Assembly (NCBI GenBank): GCA_964252075.1
Contig: CAXULY010000001.1
Location: 119,549 to 183,548, forward strand
Length of the DNA stretch: 64,000 bases
From: an uncultured Deinococcaceae bacterium
Lineage (GTDB): Bacteria; Deinococcota; Deinococci; Deinococcales; Deinococcaceae
Direction of reading: 5' to 3'
Below are positions 51,409 to 62,257 of this stretch, one piece after another. Under the pieces are notes generated by a model. It had not been told where the DNA came from. It ran no database searches and saw only the letters and a program-made list of their open reading frames with translations. Positions within the stretch are counted from its first letter, which is position 1. The number at the start of each line of letters is the position of its first letter. The translations under genes were made by a program, and so were the position numbers.

Positions 51409-51436
51409 TTTTGTCATAAGTCGTATTATGTAGGAG
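51409..51436. other. dif-like site (11-6-11)
   Basis: TTTTGTCATAA-GTCGTA-TTATGTAGGAG; shares the CATAA-N6-TTATGT core with E. coli dif (GGTGCGCATAA-TGTATA-TTATGTTAAAT). Confidence 0.65.
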
Positions 51437-51438
51437 TC

Positions 51439-51852
51439 ATGCCGAAACGCCGCGACCTTCCCTGCCCCTGTGACAGCGGCCAGCTGTTCACAGCCTGCTG
51501 CGAGTCGCTCCTGATGCGCCGCACCGAGGCCCTCACCGCTGAGCAGCTCATGCGCTCCCGCTACACCGCGTACGCACGGCACGACGCGGCACACCTGCGG
51601 CGCAGCTGGCACCCGGACACCCGGCCCGATCACCTGGACTTCGACCCGCACCTGCAGTGGACGCACCTCAGCATCCTGCGCACCGAACGTGGCGACCCGG
51701 AGGACGACCTGGGCGTGGTGGAGTTCCGCGCGGAGGCGCGGTGGAATGGGACGCCCACGGTCATGCACGAGGTCAGCCGGTTCGAGCGGGTGAGTGGGCG
51801 CTGGGTGTACGTGGACGGCGACGTTCAGGAGGCGGGCGCCGCGCGGACGTGA
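51439..51852 (+). CDS. YchJ family (SEC-C motif) protein
   Basis: CPCDSG..CC, TAEQLMRSRYTAY, SWHPDTRP, VEFRA, HEVSRF..WVYVDG. Confidence 0.9.
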   Translation: MPKRRDLPCPCDSGQLFTACCESLLMRRTEALTAEQLMRSRYTAYARHDAAHLRRSWHPDTRPDHLDFDPHLQWTHLSILRTERGDPEDDLGVVEFRAEARWNGTPTVMHEVSRFERVSGRWVYVDGDVQEAGAART

Positions 51853-52691
51853 CGGCCGCGCTCGCCGCGTACGACGTGGAGGTGGCCCTCAGGCTCGTGC
51901 GGGGTCACGCGCGGCGGGGCGTGGTGAGCGACCACACGCTCGACGCCTACCGCACGGGCCTCACACAGTTCTTTGCGTACCTGCAGGCGCACCGCCTGCC
52001 TGTCATCGACCTGGAACGCCTGGAGGCCGGGCTGTACCGGGACGAGTTGCGCCGCGCGCACAAGGCGGCAACAGTCGTGGCACGCCTCGCGCCCGTACGG
52101 CAGCTGTACCGTGCGCTGCTCATCGAGGAGATCGGCACGCGCGATCCCTTCGCGGAGATCGTGGTGCCGAAACCGAAGGACGCGCCGCCCAGGCCGTACA
52201 GTCCGGCGGAAGTGGACGCGCTGCTGGCCTCTCCCCTGTCACCCGTCGAGGAAACGCTGGTGCTGCTCGGCAGTCACGGGGGTCTGCGGCGCGACGAGAT
52301 GCTGAAGCTCACGTGGGCGGACGTGGACCTCGCGGGGGGCCGCCTGCGGGTGTTCGGCAAGGGCCGCAAGGAGCGGTCGGTGCGTGTGTCGCGCAGCCTG
52401 AGTGCCGCGCTGTCGCGCCTGCATGGTGCCCAGGAGGCACAGGGTGAGTCGCGCGTGCTCGGGTTCGACACCACGCACCAGCTGGTGTACGCCTTGGAGA
52501 AGGTTGTGACGCGCGCGAAGGTGCAGTGGCGCGGGGTGCATTCGTTGCGGCGGGCGGCCGGTTCCCGCTTGCATCGGGAGACCGGAAGCCTGCAGGCCGC
52601 TCAGAAGCTCCTTGGTCACGCCTCGGTGGAGACGACGACGCGCTACACCTATCACGACGACACGCACGATAAAGCCGTGGAAGATTGGTAG
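51849..52691 (+). CDS. Tyrosine recombinase (XerC/XerD-like) 2
   Basis: GTG overlaps ychJ-like stop; SDHTLDAY; GLRRDE, GKGRKER, HSLRR, LGHAS, TTTRY. Confidence 0.9.
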   Translation: MTAALAAYDVEVALRLVRGHARRGVVSDHTLDAYRTGLTQFFAYLQAHRLPVIDLERLEAGLYRDELRRAHKAATVVARLAPVRQLYRALLIEEIGTRDPFAEIVVPKPKDAPPRPYSPAEVDALLASPLSPVEETLVLLGSHGGLRRDEMLKLTWADVDLAGGRLRVFGKGRKERSVRVSRSLSAALSRLHGAQEAQGESRVLGFDTTHQLVYALEKVVTRAKVQWRGVHSLRRAAGSRLHRETGSLQAAQKLLGHASVETTTRYTYHDDTHDKAVEDW

Positions 52692-52715
52692 ATCACTGCC
52701 AACACGGAAAGGGTT

Positions 52716-52756
52716 AGTGAATCTTTTCACGATAAGTCGAGATCGTGAATTTTTTG
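52716..52756 (-). repeat. Dispersed 41-bp asymmetric element, copy 4 (inverted)
   Basis: Minus strand: CAAAAAA-TTCACGA-TCTCGACTTA-TCGTGAA-AAGA-TTCACT. Confidence 0.9.
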
Positions 52757-52802
52757 TCTCACTCTTGGACCGTTAAACAATCACGACCGTATACTGATGG
52801 TT

Positions 52803-54134
52803 ATGGCTTCAATCTCGACCCTCGGTCAGCACATTGGCGAGACCGTCACCCTCGACGTCTGGCTCACCGACAAGAGCGGCAAAGGCAAGATTCAGTTCCT
52901 GAAACTCCGCGACGGGACTGGCTTCGTTCAGGGCACCGTGTTCAAGAACGACGTGACGGAAGACATCTTCGAGGCGGCCAAACGCCTTACGCAGGAGCAG
53001 AGCCTGCGGGTGACGGGCGAGGTGCGCGCCGACGAGCGTGCGCCAGGCGGCGTGGAACTCGCCGTGCGGGACCTCTCCCCCGGCGAGGGGCAGGAAGGCT
53101 ATCCCATCACGCCGAAGGAACACGGCATTGACTTCCTGCTGGACCACCGTCACCTGTGGCTGCGTCACCGCCGCCCCTGGGCCATCCTGCGGGTGCGGGA
53201 CCTCGTGCAGCGCGCCATCATTGACTTCCTGCACGGCGAGGGCTTCATCCGCTTCGACGCGCCGTTCTTCACCCCGAACGCCGCGGAGGGCACCACGAAC
53301 CTCTTCGAGATCAACCTCTTCGACGAGGGCAACGCCTACCTCTCGCAGAGCGGTCAGCTGTACGCCGAGGCGGGCGCGCTGGCGTTCGGGAAGGTGTACA
53401 CCTTCGGCCCGACCTTCCGCGCCGAGAAAAGCAAGACGCGCCGCCACCTGCTGGAGTTCTGGATGATGGAGCCCGAGGTCGCGCCCGGCAACCACGCCGC
53501 GAACATGGACCTGCAGGAACGCCTCATCAGCACGGTGGTGCGCCGCGCCCTGGAGGAGTGCCGCACGGAACTGGAACTGCTCGGGCGGGACCTCAGCAAG
53601 CTGGAACCCACCGCGCAGGGGAACTTCCCACGCATCACGTACACCGAGGCGCTCGACATCCTGCGCGACGTGATTGCGAAGGGTGAGCTGCCCGAGAACG
53701 TCCCGGAGGACACGCAGCCCGTGGAGTGGGGCGACGACCTTGGCGCGCCGCATGAGACGATCCTCGGGCATCACTTCGACCGTCCCGTGATCATCGAGCG
53801 GTACCCGGCGGCCTTCAAGGCGTTTTACATGCAGCCGGACCCCGAGGACCCTCGTCTTGCCCTGTGTGACGACATGATCGCGCCGGATGGCTACGGTGAG
53901 ATCATTGGCGGTTCGGAGCGCATTCACGATTACGACCTCCTGAAGTCGCGCATCGAGGAACACGGCCTCCCACTGGAGGCGTTTGCGTGGTACCTGGACC
54001 TGCGGCGATACGGGAGCGTGCCGCACGCGGGCTTCGGGTTGGGTCTGGAGCGTCTGGTGGCATGGATCACCGGAATTGACCATTTGCGGGAGGCCATCCC
54101 CTTCCCGCGCATGTTGACGCGCATGGCGCCTTGA
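52803..54134 (+). CDS. asnS: Asparagine--tRNA ligase
   Basis: [60 protein letters not shown]. Confidence 0.97.
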   Translation: MASISTLGQHIGETVTLDVWLTDKSGKGKIQFLKLRDGTGFVQGTVFKNDVTEDIFEAAKRLTQEQSLRVTGEVRADERAPGGVELAVRDLSPGEGQEGYPITPKEHGIDFLLDHRHLWLRHRRPWAILRVRDLVQRAIIDFLHGEGFIRFDAPFFTPNAAEGTTNLFEINLFDEGNAYLSQSGQLYAEAGALAFGKVYTFGPTFRAEKSKTRRHLLEFWMMEPEVAPGNHAANMDLQERLISTVVRRALEECRTELELLGRDLSKLEPTAQGNFPRITYTEALDILRDVIAKGELPENVPEDTQPVEWGDDLGAPHETILGHHFDRPVIIERYPAAFKAFYMQPDPEDPRLALCDDMIAPDGYGEIIGGSERIHDYDLLKSRIEEHGLPLEAFAWYLDLRRYGSVPHAGFGLGLERLVAWITGIDHLREAIPFPRMLTRMAP

Positions 54135-54141
54135 CCGATAG

Positions 54142-54161
54142 AGTGGGGGTTACTCCCCACT
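54142..54161 (+). terminator. Hairpin after asnS
   Basis: AGTGGGG...CCCCACT followed by TT. Confidence 0.5.
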
Positions 54162-54177
54162 TTGAGTACATTCACCT

Positions 54178-54217
54178 AGTGAATAGTTTCACGATAAACT
54201 TGCTCGTGAATTTTTTG
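54178..54217 (-). repeat. Dispersed asymmetric element, copy 5 (inverted, 40 bp)
   Basis: Minus strand: CAAAAAA-TTCACGA-GCAAGTTTA-TCGTGAA-ACTA-TTCACT. Confidence 0.9.
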
Positions 54218-54257
54218 TTTCCAAAGTACATTTGATTGGCATGTTATACTCTCGCCC

Positions 54258-55298
54258 ATGCGGCAACTTGACGACCGCCTGCGGGCGGAGCGGTTGGACG
54301 CCCTGTGGGTCAGCAAGCCCGAAAACGTCCGCTACCTCAGCGGCTTTTCCAGCCCCCAGGACGGCAAGGTACTGTACCGGCCAGGCTCGGCCCTGCTGTA
54401 CACGGACTCGCGCTACAGCGACCAGGCCGCGCAGGAAGCGCGCGTGGAGCAGCACATCGCCCGTCCCCCCGCCACCTACGCCCACGCGGCGCAGCACACC
54501 CAGGGTCAGCGCGTCGGCGTTGAGGCGGACCACCTGACGGTCGCGGACCTTGAGGTGCTCCGCGCCCACTGGGATGCAGAGCTGGTGCCCATCACGGGCC
54601 TCGTGGAGACGCTGCGCGGCGTCAAGACGGACGAGGAAATCGGGTTCATCCGCCGCGCGCAGGACATCACGGACGAGGCGCTGCAGGCGGCCCTGCCGCT
54701 CATCAAGCCGGGCGCGCGTGAGCGGGACATCGCACTCGCCATCGAGGTGGGCATCCGCGAGCGCGGCGGGCACGGGTACGCGCACAACTTCATCGTGGCG
54801 TCCGGTCCGCGCGGCGCCATGCCGCACGGCGAGTCCAGCGACCGCACCCTGCAGGACGGCGAGCTCGTCACCATCGACATCGGCGCGGTCGTGAACGGCT
54901 ACCACAGCGACATGACGCGCACCTATCCCGTCGGCACGGTGCCGGACGCCCTGCGCGACGTGTACAACGCCGTGCTGGAGGCAAACGAACTGGCCATCGA
55001 GGCGGTGCGCCCCGGCGTGCGCGCCGAGGACCTCGACGCCCTCGCGCGCGAGCACCTCACGCAGCGCGGGTACGGGGAGTACTTCACGCACTCGCTCGGC
55101 CACGGCGTCGGGCTGCACATCCACGAGGCGCCCAGCCTCCGGAAAGGAAGTGAGGACGTGCTGGAACCAGGGATGGTCATCACGATCGAGCCGGGCGTGT
55201 ACGTGTCGGGCCAGCATGGCGTGCGGGTGGAGGACCTCGTGCTGGTCACCGAGGGTGGCCATGAGGTGCTCTCCAAGAGCCCCAAGGCGCGCCTGTGA
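54258..55298 (+). CDS. Xaa-Pro peptidase (M24B)
   Basis: [49 protein letters not shown]. Confidence 0.93.
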   Translation: MRQLDDRLRAERLDALWVSKPENVRYLSGFSSPQDGKVLYRPGSALLYTDSRYSDQAAQEARVEQHIARPPATYAHAAQHTQGQRVGVEADHLTVADLEVLRAHWDAELVPITGLVETLRGVKTDEEIGFIRRAQDITDEALQAALPLIKPGARERDIALAIEVGIRERGGHGYAHNFIVASGPRGAMPHGESSDRTLQDGELVTIDIGAVVNGYHSDMTRTYPVGTVPDALRDVYNAVLEANELAIEAVRPGVRAEDLDALAREHLTQRGYGEYFTHSLGHGVGLHIHEAPSLRKGSEDVLEPGMVITIEPGVYVSGQHGVRVEDLVLVTEGGHEVLSKSPKARL

Positions 55299-55804
55299 GG
55301 CGCGCCCTCACGGTGGCACTGCTGGCCGCCCTCAGCTCGGCTGGCGCGTACACCGTGCAGAAGGGGGACACCCTGTGGTCCCTGGCGCGCGCGCATCACC
55401 TCACGCCGCAGGCCCTCATGCAGCTGAACAACCTGGGTTCCGAGCGCCTCACGCCCGGCCAGCAGTTGCGCTTCACGCAGGCGGGCGGCGCGGCGAGGGT
55501 GCGCGCCGCGAGCTTCAAGGACGCCGCCGACAGCCTGAGCCAGCGGGGGTACGCCGTGTACTACGGCGGGCGCGCGGACGGCTGCGGCTGCCTGACCGCC
55601 GCGCACCTCACGCTGCCGTTCGGGACGATGGTGCGCGTCACGCACAGCGGCACGGGCCGCAGCGTGATCGTGAAGGTAAACGACCGCGGGCCCTTCGGGC
55701 GTGCGGAACGCGTGATTGACCTCTCCACGGACGCCGCGCGGCAGCTCGGGATTCTGTCGCAAGGCGTGGCGCCCGTGACGCTCACGGTCCTGCAGAGGCC
55801 GTGA
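55295..55804 (+). CDS. LysM + RlpA-like (DPBB) lytic transglycosylase
   Basis: [39 protein letters not shown]. Confidence 0.88.
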   Translation: MRRALTVALLAALSSAGAYTVQKGDTLWSLARAHHLTPQALMQLNNLGSERLTPGQQLRFTQAGGAARVRAASFKDAADSLSQRGYAVYYGGRADGCGCLTAAHLTLPFGTMVRVTHSGTGRSVIVKVNDRGPFGRAERVIDLSTDAARQLGILSQGVAPVTLTVLQRP

Positions 55805-55862
55805 AGCGAACACGTTTTTTCCTGTAGAATCGTTCGGGTTTATCCCAAGGAGGGTTTGACAC

Positions 55863-56306
55863 ATGGCGGAAACCGCACTGCTCACTCTGGACACCATCGC
55901 GAAGTACCTGCGCGATAAGGAAGTTCAGCTGGACATGGAAGACAACAACGGGCAGCGTTTCATCCGCATGGGCTGGCGTTTCGAGATGGGCGACGCCGCC
56001 GTGCTGGTGAGCGTGAACGACGGCCCGAACAACACCAGCCGCCTGGAAGTCACGTGCGTGACGCAGAAGCAGTACACGGCGCGCAAGCAGGAAGTCATGG
56101 AGATGCTGAACGCCCGCAACCGCGAGCGCGCCTTCAGCCGCTCCATCGACGCGGACGGCAACGTGTGGCTGGAGTATGTGGGCTTCTACCCCACCCTGAT
56201 GGAACTCCCGCAGGACACCTTCGACACGCTGTTCGGCGGCGTACTGATGCACTTCCAGGATGACTACGGCACCCTGGAGGGCGTGCAGCCCACCCCGCAG
56301 GCCTGA
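55863..56306 (+). CDS. YbjN-like domain protein
   Basis: [25 protein letters not shown] pattern. Confidence 0.65.
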   Translation: MAETALLTLDTIAKYLRDKEVQLDMEDNNGQRFIRMGWRFEMGDAAVLVSVNDGPNNTSRLEVTCVTQKQYTARKQEVMEMLNARNRERAFSRSIDADGNVWLEYVGFYPTLMELPQDTFDTLFGGVLMHFQDDYGTLEGVQPTPQA

Positions 56307-56326
56307 GCACCCTGCAAACATGACGC

Positions 56327-56354
56327 GCGGGGCGGCCCACCTGGGCCGCCCCGC
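56327..56354. terminator. Hairpin between convergent genes
   Basis: GCGGGGCGGCCCA-CC-TGGGCCGCCCCGC. Confidence 0.65.
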
Positions 56355-56366
56355 AGTCGTTGCCGC

Positions 56367-57242
56367 TCAGGGGCGTTCGGCGACGCGAACGGCGAGCGCC
56401 TCACGGCGAGCGCGGATGTGCAGGCGCGCGGCGTGCATCAGGTCGCCGTCCACGTTCACCGTCATGACGCGCCCGCTCACCGCTCGCAACTGCACCTGAC
56501 GGAAGGGCCGCCACACGACCGCGTTGTGGTTGCCGCGCGCCCACCCGAAGGCCGAGCGCAGGGCGTCCAGCGGCCGCACGCCGGGCAGCACCAGCAGCAC
56601 CAGCCGCCCGTCCTCGTAGTCCGCGCCGGGCACCACGAGGCCGCTCGCGACGTCCTTGGCGTTCGCGGCGATCAGCTGCCGCGTGCGGACCGAGGACGCC
56701 ACGCCGTCCAGCACCATGGTGTAGCGGCCCGGTGAGGAGGAGCGCACGGCGCGCACCGCCGCGATGGGGTACGCGCCCCAGCCGAGCGTCCGCTTGAGCT
56801 GCGGCGTGAGGGCGCCCGCGACGTGCGCGGAGAAACCGAGCGTCACGGAGTTCAGGAACACCCGCCCGTTCACCTCCCCCACGTCGATGTGCGCCGTCTG
56901 CCCGCACGCGATGACGCGCGCGGCGTCCATCAGGTCGAGCGGCAGGCCGAGGTTGCGCGCGAAGGTGTTCCCCGTGCCGAGCGGCAGCACGCCCAGGGTC
57001 GCGCCCACCTGAATGATGGGCGTGGCGGCCTCCGCGAGCGTGCCGTCCCCGCCGCCCACCACCACGAGGCGCGCGCCGTCCGCGAGGGCGCGGCGCGCGA
57101 GGTCGCCGGGCCGCTCGGCGCCCACCTCCCACAGATGCGCGTTGAGGCCCTCGGCGCGCAGCGCGATGACCGCGTCGCGGCCCGCCCGGCCCTGCCGGGC
57201 GTGCGGGTTCACGATGACGGGCACCAGGCGGCCGTCGGGCAT
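56367..57242 (-). CDS. Diacylglycerol/lipid kinase family protein
   Basis: [27 protein letters not shown]. Confidence 0.88.
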   Translation of the reverse strand: MPDGRLVPVIVNPHARQGRAGRDAVIALRAEGLNAHLWEVGAERPGDLARRALADGARLVVVGGGDGTLAEAATPIIQVGATLGVLPLGTGNTFARNLGLPLDLMDAARVIACGQTAHIDVGEVNGRVFLNSVTLGFSAHVAGALTPQLKRTLGWGAYPIAAVRAVRSSSPGRYTMVLDGVASSVRTRQLIAANAKDVASGLVVPGADYEDGRLVLLVLPGVRPLDALRSAFGWARGNHNAVVWRPFRQVQLRAVSGRVMTVNVDGDLMHAARLHIRARREALAVRVAERP

Positions 57243-59050
57243 CAGCCGGAGTGCCCGGTGAGCATCTCCAGGCGGTCCACGTACTCCGCGAGGACCGCGA
57301 AGGTCCGCTCGACCGCCTCCGGGCCGCGCATGTCCACGCCCGCGCTCGCGAGGGCGTCCAGCGGGTAGCGAGAGCCACCCGCCGAGAGGAACGTCAGGTA
57401 GTCGCGCCGGGCGGCCTCGGGATCCTGCTCGAAGCGCGCGGCGAGCGCGTGCGCGGCGGAGATGCCCGTCGCGTACTGCCAGGTGTAGAAGTTGCTGTAC
57501 AGGTGCGTGGAGAACTGCGCCCACATGATGCCGCTGCGCTCGCGGTCCATCTCCACGCCCTCACCGTACCCCTCACCGAGGAGGTCCGCCATCAGCGCAA
57601 TGAGGTCCGGGGCGCTCAGCGCGCGGCCCGCCTCGGCGCGCTGGTGAATCTCCAGCTCGAAGCGCGCGAGGGTCGGCATGATGAAGAAGTACCGGTGAAA
57701 GTTGCTCATGGCCTCCTCGATCAGGGTGATCTGGAAGGCCGGGTCCGTCTGCGCGTCGAAGAGGTGGCGGCGCACCATCGCCTGGTTGAAGTTGCTCGCG
57801 ACTTCCGCCGCGAACAGGGTATAGCGGGCGTTCACGACGGGCTGCGCGCGGTTGCTGAGGGTGGAGTGCATGCTGTGCCCGATCTCGTGCGCAAGGGTGG
57901 ACAGGCTGAACAGCGAGTCGTTCCAGCTCATGAAGATGTACGACTTCCCGCCCGGCAGGCCCGTCGAGTACGCGCCCTGACGCTTGCCCTGGTTCGCGCC
58001 CCAGTCCACCCAGCGTTCCGTGGTGAGGCCCGCGCGCATGAGCCGCACGTAGTCCTCGCCGAGCGGCGCCATGCCCTGCGCGATCCACTCGACCGCCTGA
58101 TCGTACTTCACGACGGGCGCGCCCTCCACGAGGGGCGCCTTCACATCGTACTCGCGCAGCACGGGCAAACCGAGCGCGCGCGCGCGCACCGCCCAGTAGC
58201 GGTGCCACGTGGGGACGTGCTTCCTGTACGTCTCGATCAGGGTGGTGAACACCTCGGTGGGCAGGTTGTACGGCGCGAGGGCCGCCGTGAGGCTGTCCGG
58301 GTAGCGCCGCGCGCGCGCCATGAACACGTCCTGCCGCACGCCCGTGGCGAGCGCGGCGGCCTGCGTGTGCCGCACGCTGAGGTGCGCGTCCGCGTAGGCC
58401 TCCCACGCCTGCCGCCTCACCTCGCGGTCCGCGTCCTGCTCCAGCGCACCGATGTTCCCGTGCCCGATCTTGACGCCGCCCGCCATGCCGAGGTCGAGGT
58501 CCATGTTTACGAGGGTCGGGTGGATGCTGCGCGCGCTCGCGAAGGGCGCGCCGAGCAGCCCGAGCAGTTCCTCGGCTTCCGCGCCGCGGATGTACGGGCG
58601 CTGGCGCCACAGGTTGTCGAAGTACTGCGCGTACGGCGCGAGGTCACCCTCGGTGAGCCACGCGCGCACCTGCGGTTCCGGCAGGTCCAGCAGTTCGGGG
58701 CGCGCGAAGGCCACGGCGGCCGCCAGCTGACCGGAGAGGGCGCTCGCGCGGTCGCGGCGCGCGGCGGCCTCCGCGTCCTGGCCGTCCACGCTGGCCCCCA
58801 TGCTGGCGTACTGCGCGAGGCGCTGCACGCGCAGCGTCACGGCCTCCTGCGCCTGCAGGAACGCGAGGAGCGCCTCCGGTGAGTCCCCGAGGTGCCCGGC
58901 GTGCGCGCGCAGTGGTTCGATGGCGTCCGGCAGGGCCGCGAGTTCCGCTTCCCAGTCGGCGGGCGTGGCGTACAGGGCTTCGATGTCCCAGGTCTGTTCG
59001 CGCGGCAATGCATGGCGGGGGGGCAGGGCGTTGGGCGGCGAAGACGTCAT
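57242..59050 (-). CDS. pepF: Oligoendopeptidase F (M3B)
   Basis: [41 protein letters not shown]. Confidence 0.93.
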   Translation of the reverse strand: MTSSPPNALPPRHALPREQTWDIEALYATPADWEAELAALPDAIEPLRAHAGHLGDSPEALLAFLQAQEAVTLRVQRLAQYASMGASVDGQDAEAAARRDRASALSGQLAAAVAFARPELLDLPEPQVRAWLTEGDLAPYAQYFDNLWRQRPYIRGAEAEELLGLLGAPFASARSIHPTLVNMDLDLGMAGGVKIGHGNIGALEQDADREVRRQAWEAYADAHLSVRHTQAAALATGVRQDVFMARARRYPDSLTAALAPYNLPTEVFTTLIETYRKHVPTWHRYWAVRARALGLPVLREYDVKAPLVEGAPVVKYDQAVEWIAQGMAPLGEDYVRLMRAGLTTERWVDWGANQGKRQGAYSTGLPGGKSYIFMSWNDSLFSLSTLAHEIGHSMHSTLSNRAQPVVNARYTLFAAEVASNFNQAMVRRHLFDAQTDPAFQITLIEEAMSNFHRYFFIMPTLARFELEIHQRAEAGRALSAPDLIALMADLLGEGYGEGVEMDRERSGIMWAQFSTHLYSNFYTWQYATGISAAHALAARFEQDPEAARRDYLTFLSAGGSRYPLDALASAGVDMRGPEAVERTFAVLAEYVDRLEMLTGHSG

Positions 59051-59093
59051 GCGGCCACGCTACCACGACCGCCACTGGGCGCGGACCTCCGCG

Positions 59094-59834
59094 TCAGGAG
59101 GCGAGGCCGTGGCGCTTCAGGAAGTGCTGCACCTCCCGCGCGAGGGCGACCGGGTGGCTGTCCGTGATGGCGTGCGCGGCGCCCGTGATACAGCACACCT
59201 GCGGGTCGCGCAGCAACGCCTGCATGGCGGTGCCCGCCACGCGAGACACGATGGGGTCACGGCCCCCCAGCATGATGAGGGTGGGTTGCCGCGCACGCTC
59301 GAGGTTCGGGAGGCTCGCGTGGCGGCTCTGGTCGCGCGTCAGCGCCCACAGGCGGCGCGGCCCACACCGCAAGTACGACGCCACCGCGAGCGGCACGAAG
59401 GACAGGCGTTCGCGCATGGCGTCCTGCGCGAGGTGCCACGTCTGGCGCAGCACGTCCGGGTGCTCGGGAATGCCGGTGGGCGCCACCAGCACCAGCGCGG
59501 GCGTGAGTTCCGGGTGGTGCGCCGCGATGTCCAGCGCGATCTCGCCGCCCAGCGAGTGCCCGAGCAGCGGCGCGCCCGTGAGGTCCGCGGCGCGCATGAA
59601 GGCCACGAGGTGCTCGGACAGCGCCGAGATGCGGTCCAGCCCGCCACCGGAGCGCCCGTGACCGGGAGGGTCGTACCGCCACACCTCGAAGTGCGGGGCG
59701 AGCGCGAGCGCGGCGCGGCGGTACATGCGCGCCGAGCAGCCGAGGCCCGGCACCAGCAGCAGCGGCCGCCCCCGCCCATCAATGGTGGCGACCGTGCGGG
59801 TGCCGTTCACGCGCAGGGCGCAGGTGCGCGTCAA
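59094..59834 (-). CDS. Alpha/beta fold hydrolase
   Basis: VPGLG, DPPGHGRS, GHSLGG, D, H. Confidence 0.85.
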   Translation of the reverse strand: MTRTCALRVNGTRTVATIDGRGRPLLLVPGLGCSARMYRRAALALAPHFEVWRYDPPGHGRSGGGLDRISALSEHLVAFMRAADLTGAPLLGHSLGGEIALDIAAHHPELTPALVLVAPTGIPEHPDVLRQTWHLAQDAMRERLSFVPLAVASYLRCGPRRLWALTRDQSRHASLPNLERARQPTLIMLGGRDPIVSRVAGTAMQALLRDPQVCCITGAAHAITDSHPVALAREVQHFLKRHGLAS

Positions 59835-60595
59835 GCGGCGCCCCCGGCGGGCGCGTCGGCCGTCAGGAAGGCCAGCACGTCGCGGTTAAAGTCTGTCGCG
59901 GCGTCCACCATGACGACGTGCCCCGCGCGCGGGTATAGCACCAGCCGCGCGCCCGCGATGCGGGTGGCGAGCGTGCGGCCCAGCAGCGGCGGCGTGATCA
60001 CGTCCCGCCCGCCCCACACGACGAGCGTGGGCGCCGTCACCTGCGGCAGCAGCGGCTCCGCGTCGTCCGACAGCAGCGCGCGCGTGGCGCGGTACAGCGT
60101 GGGGAGGCCCGCACGCAGCGCGTCCGTGGCGATCACGGCGGTGAAGCCCGGCTTGCCGAGCAGGGCGGCGGCGGGCAGGTTCAGCGCGAGGCGCCACCAG
60201 GAGCCCTTCAGGAGGCCACTGGCGCTCGCGAGCACCAGGCGCCGCACGGTGCTCGGGTGGCGCGCCGCGAGGTGCAGGGACACGTGCCCGCCCATGCTGT
60301 GCCCAATCACGTCGGCGGGCTCACCGAGCGTCTCCAGCCAGCCCGCGATGAGGTCCGCGCTCGCGCCGGGGCCGAGCGGCGCCTGGCGGCGCGCGTGCCC
60401 GAACCCCGCGAGTTCCAGGCTGTACACCGTGCGGACGCGCGTGAGGGGCCGCAGGTTGTACCGCCACCAGCGGCGCGACCCGGAGAGGCCGTGCACGAGG
60501 AGCAGCGGCGGGCCCTGCCCCTCCACGCTGAAGGTCAGCGAGAGCGCGCCCGAGCGGTACACCTGAATGGGCGGGCGGCGGAGCGGCAACAGCAT
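59831..60595 (-). CDS. Alpha/beta fold hydrolase
   Basis: LVHGL, GFG, GHSMGG, WGGRD, AGH. Confidence 0.88.
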   Translation of the reverse strand: MLLPLRRPPIQVYRSGALSLTFSVEGQGPPLLLVHGLSGSRRWWRYNLRPLTRVRTVYSLELAGFGHARRQAPLGPGASADLIAGWLETLGEPADVIGHSMGGHVSLHLAARHPSTVRRLVLASASGLLKGSWWRLALNLPAAALLGKPGFTAVIATDALRAGLPTLYRATRALLSDDAEPLLPQVTAPTLVVWGGRDVITPPLLGRTLATRIAGARLVLYPRAGHVVMVDAATDFNRDVLAFLTADAPAGGAA

Positions 60596-60707
60596 TCGGC
60601 CAGGATAACAGCGGCTCCCGGACGCGCGCGGGCCGGACCCGCCCGGAAATCTTCATACACCGCAGGGGACCGCCGCGCGCTGCACTGCGGCGGTCCCCCG
60701 CGCCGCG

Positions 60708-61328
60708 TCAGTGGAGGCTCAGCTGGACTTCCGGCGTTCCCGCGACGCTCAGGAAGAGGCGGTGCAGGCGGTCGTCGCGCGTGAGTTCCGGGTGGAAGCT
60801 GGAGGCCAGCAGGCGGCCCTGGCGGGCCAGCACGACCTCATCCCCGTGCCGCGCGAGGACCTCCACGCCCTCCCCCACCGACTCGATCAGCGGCGCGCGG
60901 ATGAACACCGCCGGGAAGGGCGCGTCCAGGCCCGCGACCGGCAGCGGCGTCTCGAAGGACTCCCGCTGGCGCCCGAAGGCGTTGCGGCGCACCGTGATGC
61001 GCATCAGGTCGAGGGTCGGCTGGCTGCCGAACTGCGGGGGGGCGCCCAGCACGTCGTCCGCGAGCAGGATGGCGCCCGCGCAGGTGCCCCAGATCGTGCC
61101 GCCGCCCGCGTGGAAGGCGCGCAGTGGGTCGCGCAGCGCGAAGTCCTGCATGAGCCGCCCCATGGTGGTGCTCTCCCCGCCGGGAATCACGAGGCCGGAG
61201 AGGCCCTCCAGCTGGTCCGCGCGGCGCACCTCCTGCACCTGTGCGCCCAGGCCCTCCAGCATCAGGCGGTGCTCGCGGAAGGCGCCCTGCAGGGCCAGGA
61301 CGCCCACACGCTGTGCTTTACCAGCCAC
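60708..61328 (-). CDS. pdxT: PLP synthase glutaminase subunit
   Basis: GVLALQG, PGGEST, GTCAG, RNAFGRQ, FIRAP, FHPELT. Confidence 0.97.
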   Translation of the reverse strand: MAGKAQRVGVLALQGAFREHRLMLEGLGAQVQEVRRADQLEGLSGLVIPGGESTTMGRLMQDFALRDPLRAFHAGGGTIWGTCAGAILLADDVLGAPPQFGSQPTLDLMRITVRRNAFGRQRESFETPLPVAGLDAPFPAVFIRAPLIESVGEGVEVLARHGDEVVLARQGRLLASSFHPELTRDDRLHRLFLSVAGTPEVQLSLH

Positions 61329-62214
61329 GGCTGGCGAGGCGCTCCTCGGGGATGAGGCTGTCGATGTTGATGCCCGTCATGGGCTCCCCGATGTTCTCGC
61401 TGACCTCCGCGAGCACCTGCGGGTCCTGGTAGTGCGTGACGGCCTTCACGATGGCGCGGGCGCGCGCCTCAATCTTCTTCAGGTCGCCACCGCCGCTCTT
61501 GAAGATGCCGCTCCCCACGAACACGCCGTCCATGCCGAGCTGCATCATGAGCGCCGCGTCGGCGGGCGTCGCGACGCCACCGGCCGCGAAGTTCACGACG
61601 GGCAGGGTGCCGTGCTCGTGCACCCAGCGCACCAGTTCGTAGGGCGCCTGCAGGTCGCGCGCCATGGTCATGAGTTCCTCGACGGGCGCCGCCTGGATGC
61701 GGCGGATGTCCCCAAGGATGGTGCGCGCGTGGCGCACAGCCTCCACGACGTTCCCGGTGCCCGCCTCGCCCTTCGTGCGGATCATGGTGGCGCCCTCGCC
61801 GATGCGGCGCAGCGCCTCCCCGAGGTTCTTCGCGCCGCACACGAACGGCACCGTGAAGGCGTGCTTGTCGATGTGGAAGCTCTCGTCGGCGGGCGTCAGG
61901 ACTTCGGACTCGTCGATGAAGTCCACGCCGAGCGCCTGCAGGATCTGCGCCTCCACGAAGTGCCCGATGCGGACCTTCGCCATCACGGGAATGCTGACCG
62001 CGCCGATGATGCCCTTGATCATGGCGGGGTCGCTCATGCGCGACACGCCGCCGTCGCGGCGGATGTCGGCGGGCACGCGCTCCAGTGCCATGACGGCGGT
62101 GGCGCCCGCCGCTTCCGCGATGCGGGCGTGGTCGGCGGTGACGACGTCCATGATGACGCCGCCCTTGAACATTTCGGCGAAGCCGGTCTTCACGCGCAGG
62201 GTTCCTGTTTCCAT
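61318..62214 (-). CDS. pdxS: PLP synthase lyase subunit
   Basis: [48 protein letters not shown]. Confidence 0.98.
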   Translation of the reverse strand: METGTLRVKTGFAEMFKGGVIMDVVTADHARIAEAAGATAVMALERVPADIRRDGGVSRMSDPAMIKGIIGAVSIPVMAKVRIGHFVEAQILQALGVDFIDESEVLTPADESFHIDKHAFTVPFVCGAKNLGEALRRIGEGATMIRTKGEAGTGNVVEAVRHARTILGDIRRIQAAPVEELMTMARDLQAPYELVRWVHEHGTLPVVNFAAGGVATPADAALMMQLGMDGVFVGSGIFKSGGGDLKKIEARARAIVKAVTHYQDPQVLAEVSENIGEPMTGINIDSLIPEERLASRGW

Positions 62215-62233
62215 GCGCCGAGCTTACGCGGGA

Positions 62234-62257
62234 ACTGGACCTTCGAACAGGTCCAGT
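62234..62257. promoter_or_regulatory. Palindromic operator upstream of pdxS (PdxR/MocR-like candidate)
   Basis: ACTGGACCT-TCGAAC-AGGTCCAGT just upstream of the TAAGCT -10 box. Confidence 0.55.

Noticed and set aside
50273..52691. Prophage or genomic island
   Set aside because: No tRNA target, att direct repeats, phage or conjugation genes, or compositional shift. Flanked by housekeeping genes.
52716..52756. Dispersed element as a plain intrinsic terminator (7-bp stem plus T6)
   Set aside because: The stem is weak and AT-rich with a 10-nt loop, unlike the GC-rich terminators elsewhere here. Primary sequence and a third half-site are conserved, copy 1 is reversed relative to transcription, and copy 5 follows a separate hairpin. 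Not fully excluded.
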